Of a DNA stretch of 64,000 bases, positions 54,111-61,807 are shown in pieces. The translations under genes were made by a program, and so were the position numbers. This DNA comes from a virus. Taxonomy: Duplodnaviria > Caudoviricetes. Positions within the stretch are counted from its first letter, which is position 1, and each line of letters begins with the position of its first letter. The stretch is from IMG/VR virus record IMGVR_UViG_3300044259_000026, positions 9,786 to 73,785 of that record. One strand, 5' to 3'. A model generated the notes under the pieces. The model ran no database searches, was not told where the DNA came from, and saw only the letters and a program-made list of their open reading frames with translations.

Positions 54111-54266
54111 AAGTGTAATGAACACGGGGGTAGGGTCATGGAGTGTATCCAGTGTACCGGGGGGGTACTTGGCAATTGGGGCGGGGCGCCGGAGGTGTAC
54201 AGTGCCTTGGAACATAGCTATGATGCCTACCAGAACCTTTCTCCTACATAATCTGCGGAGCCTGCC

Positions 54267-54452
54267 ATGGACCTTAGCGTCAAGACCGTACACATCCTGA
54301 CTTGCCCTAAATGTAAAGAGATGCACGAATGGGAGGTCCACCGAAATGACCCAGAAGACCCACGGGTCTGGTTTGTGAAGCCGAAGGGGGGCAATCAGAT
54401 CTGTGGCCTGTCTGGCATGGCTGACCACCGAACCAAGATTCTCGCGGGGTAA
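54267..54452 (+). CDS. Small CxxC protein (61 aa), isolated plus-strand gene
   Basis: GCGGAG RBS; CPKC motif. Confidence 0.5.
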   Translation: MDLSVKTVHILTCPKCKEMHEWEVHRNDPEDPRVWFVKPKGGNQICGLSGMADHRTKILAG

Positions 54453-54460
54453 CCTTCCTG

Positions 54461-54500
54461 AAAAAATATGCAGGAGGATTTTGCCTATCGCTCCTGCTAT
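54461..54500 (-). terminator. Terminator closing the paralog array
   Basis: GCAGGAG-(14 nt)-CTCCTGC with minus-strand TTTTTT. Confidence 0.7.
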
Positions 54501-54715
54501 TTAATCTGGAGGTAGATGCACGCTTCCCCGTCGACTCTGCCTATCCTAGGCTTATGGGGCACGATCCCCTCCAGTAAAGCCATGCCCAACAAGAGGTCGT
54601 ATTGTTCTTGGTTCTGGACAACCATTTGGACATCCCAAGCACGGGCGTACAGTTCAGCCCGCTTATAGGAAATCTCCTGCCACTTATCGTCGCCCCTTGA
54701 GAAGTAGAGCTTCAT
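54497..54715 (-). CDS. Array paralog 14 (72 aa)
   Basis: Core MVVQNQEQYDLLLGMALLEGI. Confidence 0.8.
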   Translation of the reverse strand: MKLYFSRGDDKWQEISYKRAELYARAWDVQMVVQNQEQYDLLLGMALLEGIVPHKPRIGRVDGEACIYLQIK

Positions 54716-54942
54716 TCGACCACCTTAACGTAGAGGGTGTAGGGCTCTTGGCCTATGCGGATTTGGGATGCGTCTTGTAGATCGAAACCTATGCCCATCA
54801 TCAGCTGCCAAGCCAAGACCATGGGAATGTCATCCTTATCAGAGGCGAAGTACCACATGTTGGAAGAGGTCAGGGTTTGAATTTCCCCTTCGTGAAATGC
54901 CCGAAGGTTGCCACCCCGGTGCAGGGCATACTGTAGTTCCAT
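54712..54942 (-). CDS. Array paralog 13 (76 aa, divergent)
   Basis: Core WYFASDKDDIPMVLAWQLMMGI; ends YVKVVE. Confidence 0.7.
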   Translation of the reverse strand: MELQYALHRGGNLRAFHEGEIQTLTSSNMWYFASDKDDIPMVLAWQLMMGIGFDLQDASQIRIGQEPYTLYVKVVE

Positions 54943-54946
54943 TGGT

Positions 54947-55168
54947 TCACTCCTCAATACGAACGTAGACTTGGTACTTGGACAGGAACTCTGTATTTTT
55001 GACGATGACTGGAATGTCCACCCCTTCGATTATTTTGAGCACTTCAAGGATCTCTTTGTCTCCTTCGTGCTGGACTACGATGTCCCGTCCTCGGTCGTAG
55101 AGATGTTTTAGGGTAGTGGTGATCCAGGCATCTTCTTTCGCATATCTCAAGCGGTACTGTATCTGCAC
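54947..55168 (-). CDS. Array paralog 12 (73 aa)
   Basis: Core IVVQHEGDKEILEVLKIIEGV. Confidence 0.75.
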   Translation of the reverse strand: MQIQYRLRYAKEDAWITTTLKHLYDRGRDIVVQHEGDKEILEVLKIIEGVDIPVIVKNTEFLSKYQVYVRIEE

Positions 55169-55171
55169 ATC

Positions 55172-55405
55172 TCACCCCACGAATAGGAAGACACAGGAGT
55201 CAAGATCCGCGGCCTTTACTTCAGACCGTAGGATGATGCGTTTGAAATGAGTTCCATCCACCAACATCAAAGTCTCAAGGAGATCCTTTTGTTCTTGGCT
55301 CTCCATGACAAAGATCCAAGCGTCAAAGCGGGACAGCTTTCGGACAGTCTCCACAGACATGGGCTGGTAAGGGTGGGAGACATTGCAGGTATAGAAGTAT
55401 TCCAC
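55172..55405 (-). CDS. Array paralog 11 (77 aa)
   Basis: Core IFVMESQEQKDLLETLMLVDGT. Confidence 0.8.
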   Translation of the reverse strand: MEYFYTCNVSHPYQPMSVETVRKLSRFDAWIFVMESQEQKDLLETLMLVDGTHFKRIILRSEVKAADLDSCVFLFVG

Positions 55406-55408
55406 GGT

Positions 55409-55624
55409 TCACTCCCTGAAGTAGATTTTGACGGACCAGTTGTTGGGGGTGGCTATCTGGACCTCAGGTAGTTGGGTGCCTGCGACCAAGGATAGGCCCA
55501 GCAAATGGTCATAGTCTTCTTGGTTCCTGACATGGAGTGGAGCACCGAACTGTCTACAGAACCGAAGACACTCTTCGAGGGAAGTCTCCCGGTCACCATC
55601 AGGATGACTCAGCATGAGTTTCAT
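55409..55624 (-). CDS. Array paralog 10 (71 aa)
   Basis: Core LHVRNQEDYDHLLGLSLVAGT. Confidence 0.8.
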   Translation of the reverse strand: MKLMLSHPDGDRETSLEECLRFCRQFGAPLHVRNQEDYDHLLGLSLVAGTQLPEVQIATPNNWSVKIYFRE

Positions 55625-55626
55625 AG

Positions 55627-55863
55627 CTACTCCGGCAGGGCTGCAATATGGCAGGGAGTCAGTCCAGTGGTGTTCTCATCTACCCCATCCAGAAGGACTT
55701 GGAGACGGACGCCCCAGACAAGGGCAGAACCAAGGAGATAATCCTTCAGTTCTTGCGTATCTACGATGATCGGCTCGTAGACATAAGGTGATTCCATGAT
55801 GTCCTTCAAGTCGATAGGGAAGGACTTGATGGAACCAAGGGAAACCTTCTGAATGAGTTCCAT
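55627..55863 (-). CDS. Array paralog 9 (78 aa)
   Basis: Core IIVDTQELKDYLLGSALVWGV. Confidence 0.8.
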   Translation of the reverse strand: MELIQKVSLGSIKSFPIDLKDIMESPYVYEPIIVDTQELKDYLLGSALVWGVRLQVLLDGVDENTTGLTPCHIAALPE

Positions 55864-56081
55864 TACTCCACTACCTTGACGATCACTTCGTTCATAGCGA
55901 TAGGTTGATCGTCATCGATACGGACATAAGCCTCGACCCCATAAACTATAAGTAACGCTTGAAGTAGATGCTCTTGGTTTCGGTCGAAGACGACCATATG
56001 GACCCCTTTCCAGCGGGGACTTTCGAGATCCATAGTCATCCAATGGGTGGTATAACGGGAATGGGTATACAAGGTTTTCAT
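55863..56081 (-). CDS. Array paralog 8 (72 aa)
   Basis: Core MVVFDRNQEHLLQALLIVYGV; ends IVKVVE. Confidence 0.78.
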   Translation of the reverse strand: MKTLYTHSRYTTHWMTMDLESPRWKGVHMVVFDRNQEHLLQALLIVYGVEAYVRIDDDQPIAMNEVIVKVVE

Positions 56082-56105
56082 AAGGACTCCTTAAATATGA
56101 GAGAG

Positions 56106-56312
56106 CTAAATAGGACGTACCCACCACCCTGTGAGTTTGACAGTGTTGAGTGGGATCTGAAGGTTCAGTTCTACACCATCCAGTAGGCACATGCCCAACA
56201 GGATATCCAAGGTCTCCTGATCCTTCACCCATAAGGTGGTTGTCTTGTTGAGGTCCCGAAGCTCAGCTTGAGCCCGATACTCAGAATTTACAGCTTGGTA
56301 TTCTATTTGCAT
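56106..56312 (-). CDS. Array paralog 7 (68 aa)
   Basis: Core LWVKDQETLDILLGMCLLDGV; ends GWWVRPI. Confidence 0.8.
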   Translation of the reverse strand: MQIEYQAVNSEYRAQAELRDLNKTTTLWVKDQETLDILLGMCLLDGVELNLQIPLNTVKLTGWWVRPI

Positions 56313-56527
56313 GGCCGAATCCACCATCCGAGCTTAGGCTTGACAAGGGAGTAGGTGATTTTGAAGGCTAGTCCGTGAACCAATAGAAGCCCTACCAGCT
56401 CGTCCAGATCATCTTGGGACTGGGCGTGCAGATTTAGGGTTTGCTCTGGTCCCTGCTTTAGGATGCCTAGGTCTACTGCCGTCCATCCGAAGCAAGACTC
56501 CGATACGTGACAGACTTCTACGATCAT
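56303..56527 (-). CDS. Array paralog 6 (74 aa)
   Basis: Core LHAQSQDDLDELVGLLLVHGL; ends GWWIRPCK. Confidence 0.8.
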   Translation of the reverse strand: MIVEVCHVSESCFGWTAVDLGILKQGPEQTLNLHAQSQDDLDELVGLLLVHGLAFKITYSLVKPKLGWWIRPCK

Positions 56528-56778
56528 GTGACTACCCTCAGCTCTACAGTTTTCCCAGCTTCATGTGGTTGCCATGGGTCTAGTCGAATTTCGACCCCCT
56601 CAAGTAGGGAGTAACCCGCGATCATTTCGTGATGGATGTGGTTTGTGGCGAAGCATGGTTTGAATTGGTCAGTACCCTCGTAGAGGATGTTGTCGTTTTG
56701 AAAGGTGGCTAGTTCTTCTAGGTCTCGGAGAAAGCTGCCGTCCCACTCTTGCTTTGTAAAGCGGTACTCAATTTTCAT
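56524..56778 (-). CDS. Array paralog 5 (84 aa)
   Basis: Core CFATNHIHHEMIAGYSLLEGV; GGAGG RBS. Confidence 0.75.
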   Translation of the reverse strand: MKIEYRFTKQEWDGSFLRDLEELATFQNDNILYEGTDQFKPCFATNHIHHEMIAGYSLLEGVEIRLDPWQPHEAGKTVELRVVT

Positions 56779-56792
56779 GTGTCACCTCCAGA

Positions 56793-56835
56793 AAAAGAAA
56801 AGCCCCAGAAGGGAGTCCAATCCTCTGGGGCTTTT
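56793..56835. terminator. Terminator within the array
   Basis: AAAAGCCCCAGA...TCTGGGGCTTTT with minus-strand TTTTCTTTTT. Confidence 0.8.
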
Positions 56836-57040
56836 CAGTGTCAGGTATTCAAGGGTCCTGACTACACTGTCTATCCTATCGAACTGGCAGACCATGACTG
56901 AATCTGCGTAACCTAGGCAAGTGCCTAGTTAAGGAGCACCCGACCGATAGACTGAAGAGGTTATATCCCACCTACTCCTGGGGCCGTTATCACATGACCG
57001 CATCGTTACCGCAGCAGCCATGTGAGTCTAAATCTAGTTT
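56795..57040 (-). ncRNA. Candidate structured ncRNA inside the array
   Basis: About 270-nt gap with multiple nested helices, an upstream extended -10 (TGcTAATAT) and a downstream terminator. Confidence 0.55.
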
Positions 57041-57046
57041 TGAATA

Positions 57047-57286
57047 TTAGCAACAGAGTTCTACGAAGCAGTAGGGTCTGCCGTTTGCCTGGAAGACTGC
57101 ACCTTTGGATAGATCCAAGATCTCAACGGTGATCTGAACCCCCAGAAGAAGCAGGTAACCATCGAGCAGATCTTTCTGATCTTCCGTGTCCACAAACCAG
57201 ATACGACTCTTCACTGAAGGTATGGTGAGAAACCACTCCACGCGATTTACGTGTGTGAACTTGGAGCCTACTAGTCTCATGTTCAT
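57047..57286 (-). CDS. Array paralog 4 (79 aa)
   Basis: Core WFVDTEDQKDLLDGYLLLLGV. Confidence 0.8.
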   Translation of the reverse strand: MNMRLVGSKFTHVNRVEWFLTIPSVKSRIWFVDTEDQKDLLDGYLLLLGVQITVEILDLSKGAVFQANGRPYCFVELCC

Positions 57287-57561
57287 GTCAGTTCCTTAAT
57301 CTCCACAACCCAAAGAAAGACTATGCATTTGGACTCCCCACCCCCTCCGGTGTAGTCCAAGGGGATTTCATGAGGCCCAACGACCACATCAAACTCAAGG
57401 CTGTAGATCATGGCGTATGCTTCGAGGGTAGCCTTCTCAGCTTCCGACCTCACAACATACTGATTCTTGATGGCCCACTTAGGAGGCGGGGCAAAGATCT
57501 CATCTGTGGTGCAGACCAAGAAATGGTTTGCTCCCGGGAATCTCTTACGAATCTCGATCAT
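57283..57561 (-). CDS. Array paralog 3 (92 aa)
   Basis: Core YVVRSEAEKATLEAYAMIYSL; AGGAGG RBS. Confidence 0.75.
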   Translation of the reverse strand: MIEIRKRFPGANHFLVCTTDEIFAPPPKWAIKNQYVVRSEAEKATLEAYAMIYSLEFDVVVGPHEIPLDYTGGGGESKCIVFLWVVEIKELT

Positions 57562-57827
57562 ATGTTGATCCTCCTGAGTGGGTCCCATGTGAGGAACAAC
57601 CCGTTTCTGTTATAGACCCAAGGATTGGTGGATGCCTGTTCGGTGACCTCTCTGATCTCCAGCTCTCGGCCATACAACAGGGACATCCCCTCCAAGAAGT
57701 CAGCCTCAGCTTTCGACTCCACAAGAATCAATGGAACCCTCTCCAGCGAGTAGAACTGGAAAAGGAACTCAAGAGTGGACCTTTCGTAAGGGCGAGACCC
57801 AACCCGGAACCACAGATCAAAGTCCAC
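57558..57827 (-). CDS. Array paralog 2 (89 aa)
   Basis: Core ILVESKAEADFLEGMSLLYGR. Confidence 0.8.
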   Translation of the reverse strand: MDFDLWFRVGSRPYERSTLEFLFQFYSLERVPLILVESKAEADFLEGMSLLYGRELEIREVTEQASTNPWVYNRNGLFLTWDPLRRINI

Positions 57828-58086
57828 GGAGGTTCACCCTCCAAGTTGTGAAGACAATGGGCAATAGGCGCATATCCTCTGGAGCCTTACTCCTAACAAC
57901 CCCCACCCACTCACTATGGGTGTCCACCTGAATATTCCGCCCATAGGCCAAGGCCCAGCCCAAGATCTCATCTTTCTCTTCTTGGTTCTGGCAGAGAATC
58001 TGGAAGCGCACCTTGTAGTTGAAGACTTGCTCCTCCGTCCACTGGGCACCGTTCATCATCCCGTTGATGTGGTTGTAAAACAGCAT
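57817..58086 (-). CDS. Array paralog 1 (89 aa)
   Basis: AAGGAG RBS before ATG 58086; core ILCQNQEEKDEILGWALAYGR. Confidence 0.8.
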   Translation of the reverse strand: MLFYNHINGMMNGAQWTEEQVFNYKVRFQILCQNQEEKDEILGWALAYGRNIQVDTHSEWVGVVRSKAPEDMRLLPIVFTTWRVNLRGL

Positions 58087-58104
58087 ACGAAACTCCTTGG
58101 TTAG

Positions 58105-58133
58105 TTGAATGGAACCTAAAGACAGGCTAAAGT
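58105..58133 (+). promoter_or_regulatory. Putative sigma70 promoter for plus-strand (late) genes
   Basis: TTGAAT, 17-nt spacer, TAAAGT in the divergent intergenic gap. Confidence 0.5.
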
Positions 58134-58171
58134 CTATCCTCAGATTTGACCCAACCCCAAGGAAACTTAAC

Positions 58172-58336
58172 ATGGAACAGACTGAAAACGAGCGCCTCTT
58201 GGCGGAGTATGAAGTAGCTAAACAGCTGGAGCTGTCGCTGACCCGGGAAATAGACCAAAAGTCTGTTGAGTTGGCACAAGCTCGTGATGAAGCTGCCGCT
58301 GCCCGTGCCCGCCTACTCAACTCGCTGGGAGCCTAA
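58172..58336 (+). CDS. Small coiled-coil protein (54 aa)
   Basis: AAGGA RBS before ATG 58172. Confidence 0.6.
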   Translation: MEQTENERLLAEYEVAKQLELSLTREIDQKSVELAQARDEAAAARARLLNSLGA

Positions 58337-58338
58337 CC

Positions 58339-58572
58339 GTGGACAATCAACACAAGCAGATCAAAGGTTACCGTGATCTCAGCCAAGCTGAGATCGATGG
58401 TATGAACTCGATCAAAGCCGCCGAAGAAGACATTGCCCAACTGTGGAAGCAGATCGGCAAGATCGAAGGCGTAGACCCTCGTGCCCTGAACATCGCACGA
58501 ACCAAGCTGCAAGAAGGCTTCTCTTGGTTCGTTCGTGCTGTCGCCAAACCTGCCGATCCTTTCTCGGAGTAA
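58339..58572 (+). CDS. acb2: Anti-CBASS cyclic-nucleotide sponge, Acb2-like
   Basis: MDNQHKQIKGYRDLSQAEIDGMNSIK (Y11, K26) and R.L.IART.LQ.G....RAVA.P match the Acb2 family pattern. Confidence 0.88.
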   Translation: MDNQHKQIKGYRDLSQAEIDGMNSIKAAEEDIAQLWKQIGKIEGVDPRALNIARTKLQEGFSWFVRAVAKPADPFSE

Positions 58573-58574
58573 CC

Positions 58575-58757
58575 ATGTCGAAACTTCAAGAAGCTGCCAA
58601 CAAGTTCCGCCAAGCCACCATCGACTACGAAGCTGCCCGTGACCAGCTGGGCAAGCTTCGAGAAAAAGCCTATGAGCAGGAAGACTTGGTAGAGAAGCTC
58701 AAGATGCAACGAACCACTGCCCAACGAGAGCTGCTTGAGGCAACCTCGGAAATGTAA
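58575..58757 (+). CDS. Coiled-coil protein (60 aa)
   Basis: GGAG RBS; heptad pattern. Confidence 0.65.
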   Translation: MSKLQEAANKFRQATIDYEAARDQLGKLREKAYEQEDLVEKLKMQRTTAQRELLEATSEM

Positions 58758-58761
58758 TCGG

Positions 58762-58784
58762 AAGGGGCGAAAGCCCCTTTCTTT
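58762..58784 (+). terminator. Terminator-like hairpin (GAAA loop)
   Basis: AAGGGGC-GAAA-GCCCCTT then TCTTT. Confidence 0.65.
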
Positions 58785-58798
58785 ATGGAGACAGGTAC

Positions 58799-59470
58799 AT
58801 GCTCACCAAAGACCAAGTAGAAAAGGCCCTTCCTGCTCACCTGAAGTCTGCCGTTACCCCGCAGTTGGTTAATACCATCAACACGGTTGTGGCCGACCCT
58901 CTGGTAGCTGAGCAGGTACGGGAGAACTTCCTGTCCTACAGCCATGTGCTGCAAGACGGTAAGTACAAGATGGAGGACTACCTGAACGCAGTTCAGTACG
59001 TGTCCTACAAGCTGATGGGCAAAACTAACCAACAAGCCTATGAGCTGACCTTCCCGCAACGGATCATCAACCTGACTGCTGCTGGTAAGGGCAAGAAAGA
59101 AATCTCGGCCTATGTGGCCATGTACAACAAGAATCAGCTGGTCAACAAGATCCTTGAACAGAGCATCATCCCGACTTGGGTCTTGAACCAAGACATCTAT
59201 CAGGATGCTATCAACGTTCAGGCTGACTTGATGTACAACGCCCAAAGCGAGAAGGTTCGCAGTGATGCGGCAAACTCCTTGCTGACCCACTTGGCCAAGC
59301 CGAAAGATACGAACTTCCAGATCGCTGTTGATGTGAAGGAATCTTCGGGTATGAACGAGATGCGGGAACAGTTGACCAAGCTGGCACAGATGCAGCAGGA
59401 GTTGATTGCCAACGGTATCTCTACCAAAGACATTGCCGGGCAACGGCTGTTTGAGAACGGGGAAGGCTGA
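58799..59470 (+). CDS. N4 gp69-like protein (putative terminase small subunit)
   Basis: Immediately upstream of TerL; SEKVRSDAANSLL.HL motif. Confidence 0.75.
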   Translation: MLTKDQVEKALPAHLKSAVTPQLVNTINTVVADPLVAEQVRENFLSYSHVLQDGKYKMEDYLNAVQYVSYKLMGKTNQQAYELTFPQRIINLTAAGKGKKEISAYVAMYNKNQLVNKILEQSIIPTWVLNQDIYQDAINVQADLMYNAQSEKVRSDAANSLLTHLAKPKDTNFQIAVDVKESSGMNEMREQLTKLAQMQQELIANGISTKDIAGQRLFENGEG

Positions 59471-61086
59471 TGAGCGCACCACCATTCGAGAAAAAACAGA
59501 ACCCCTTGGTCAAACAGAAGCTCGATGACTGGTTGAACCAAGTGGATTACAAGGAGCTGAACAGCCCTTCGTATACCCCATCCCAGTTCGCCCTGATCTT
59601 TATGAACTTCATCAAGCTGGTGAACGGTGCTCAGGGTGAGAGCCACAAGACCCCACCCGTCCACTTGAAGATGCTGGACAAGATGGTTGGTGGTCGTGAC
59701 TACATCGCCAACCTGTGTTTCCGGGGTGCCGGTAAGACTGCTGTGTTCATGGAATACCTGACTCTGTTCATTGCTTTCTATGGTCACCTGCCGGAGTTCG
59801 GCAAGATCGAAGGGATGATCTACGTCTCGGACTCCATGGATAACGGTGTGAAGTCGGCTCGTAAGAACATCGAGTTCCGGTACAACAACTCGGAGTTCCT
59901 GCAGAAGTGGATTCCCAAGGCAACCTTCACGGACAACTACCTTGAGTTTCAGAACGCTGAAGGTCACCGTCTGGGTGTGAAGATGTTCGGTGCTAAGACC
60001 GGCCTTCGTGGTACGAAGATCTTCGGTAAGCGTCCTGTTTTTGCGGTACTCGATGACTTGGTTTCTGACGATGATGCCAAATCCAAGGCAGCCATGACGG
60101 CGATCAAGGACACGGTCTATAAAGGTGTGAACCACGCACTAGACCCAACCCGCCGTAAGGTCGTTTTCAACGGTACGCCGTTCAACACCGACGACATTCT
60201 GATCGAGGCAGTAGAGTCGGGTGCTTGGGATGTGAACGTCTGGCCAGTCTGCGAGAAGTTCCCTTGCACTCGGGAAGAATTCGTAGGCGCATGGGAAGAT
60301 CGTTTCACCTTCGAGTTCATCCAAGAACAGTATGAGATGGCCGTGAACACGGGCAAGCTCGCCTCCTTCTATCAGGAGCTGATGTTGCGGATTACCTCGG
60401 AAGAGGAGCGGTTGGTTCAAGATGCGGAGATCGGCTGGTACTCCCGAGCTGACCTGTTGCGGAACAAAAGCAACTTCAACTTCTACATCACCACCGACTT
60501 TGCCACCTCTGCCAAGCAGACGGCTGACTTCAGTGTGATCTCTGACTGGGCGTACAACTCCAATCAGGATTGGTTCTGGGTAGACGGAATCTGTGAGAAG
60601 CAGACCATTGATAAAACCTTCAATGACCTGTTCAAGCATGTGTCCATGTACTCGCCCCAACAGGTGGGTATCGAGGTGACCGGTCAACAGCAGGCGTACA
60701 TCAAGCTGCTGCAAGGCGAGATGATGAACCGGAACATCTGGTTCAACTTTGCCTCCAGTGAGAAGAGCGGTGAGCCTGGCATTCGACCAACCCAAGACAA
60801 GCTGTCCCGATTCAACATGGTTGTTCCTTGGTTCAAGGCTCGGAAGATTTACTTCCCAGAAGAGATGCGTCACTCCGTAATTGTGGGACAATTCCTTGAG
60901 CAGATCCGGCTGGCAACTTCCAGTGGTCTGAAAGGAAAGGACGACTGTATCGACACCATCTCGATGCTGGCGTATCTCACTCCTTGGAAACCCTCTGAGT
61001 CTGCACCTGTGCATACTGACAGCGGAGTCTTTGAGGAAGATCTTGAACCAGAGGACATCAGCCCGATGTCTTCCTACGTGGTGTAG
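59470..61086 (+). CDS. terL: Terminase large subunit
   Basis: Walker A FRGAGKT; Walker B AVLDD; GTP; RNase H-like TTDFA...DDCID. Confidence 0.93.
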   Translation: MSAPPFEKKQNPLVKQKLDDWLNQVDYKELNSPSYTPSQFALIFMNFIKLVNGAQGESHKTPPVHLKMLDKMVGGRDYIANLCFRGAGKTAVFMEYLTLFIAFYGHLPEFGKIEGMIYVSDSMDNGVKSARKNIEFRYNNSEFLQKWIPKATFTDNYLEFQNAEGHRLGVKMFGAKTGLRGTKIFGKRPVFAVLDDLVSDDDAKSKAAMTAIKDTVYKGVNHALDPTRRKVVFNGTPFNTDDILIEAVESGAWDVNVWPVCEKFPCTREEFVGAWEDRFTFEFIQEQYEMAVNTGKLASFYQELMLRITSEEERLVQDAEIGWYSRADLLRNKSNFNFYITTDFATSAKQTADFSVISDWAYNSNQDWFWVDGICEKQTIDKTFNDLFKHVSMYSPQQVGIEVTGQQQAYIKLLQGEMMNRNIWFNFASSEKSGEPGIRPTQDKLSRFNMVVPWFKARKIYFPEEMRHSVIVGQFLEQIRLATSSGLKGKDDCIDTISMLAYLTPWKPSESAPVHTDSGVFEEDLEPEDISPMSSYVV

Positions 61087-61093
61087 GTGACAA

Positions 61094-61795
61094 ATGAAAT
61101 TGAGCGAGCTGCTGAAAGAACTTGCCTTGGGTGAGCTGAGCAGCATGGCATTTTCCCAGACGGGTACGGTCAAGGACGACTCGCATCCGAAGGTAATCAC
61201 TGCCATCAATGCTGCACTGACGGACATGTATTCCCGTATCCACTTGCTGGAGCGGGAAGTCATTGTTCAAACGTTGGAGTGGAAATCCCTGTACTATCTC
61301 CGTCCGGAGTTCGCTCAGATGAGCAACTCGAATGAGCGGTACAAGTACATCATCGACACTCCGGCAAACCCGTTTACTGGTGACTTGGTGAAAATCCTTG
61401 GGGTTACCAACGAACGCGGTGACCCTCTCCCAATGAACGACGCTGAGCAGTGGGCATCGGTATTTACCCCTCACTTTGATGCGGTTCAGTTTAACCACCC
61501 CGGGTACAATCAAGTCTTCTTGGTTCAATACCAAGCCTTGCACCCAGTCCTGAAATCGGACGGTGAGGACTACTTGGATCAAAAGATTCTGGTGCCTTCG
61601 GTGATGTTGGAGATGCTTCGGATCAAAACTGCTGCCAATATTTACAGTCCTATGTCTGGGCAGGAATACGCAGCTAAGACCCAAGCGCTGGAGGCTGCAT
61701 ATGAAATGCGGCACAATGACATCCTACAGCGGAACCAAGTGGGAGATTCCGGTGTGAACACGAATATCAAACTCCACCGTCGCGGCTTTTGCTAG
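61094..61795 (+). CDS. N4 gp67-like virion (head-tail adaptor) protein
   Basis: MKLSELL..LALGELS start; synteny after TerL. Confidence 0.75.
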   Translation: MKLSELLKELALGELSSMAFSQTGTVKDDSHPKVITAINAALTDMYSRIHLLEREVIVQTLEWKSLYYLRPEFAQMSNSNERYKYIIDTPANPFTGDLVKILGVTNERGDPLPMNDAEQWASVFTPHFDAVQFNHPGYNQVFLVQYQALHPVLKSDGEDYLDQKILVPSVMLEMLRIKTAANIYSPMSGQEYAAKTQALEAAYEMRHNDILQRNQVGDSGVNTNIKLHRRGFC

Positions 61796-61807
61796 CAGGA
61801 GAACTTA

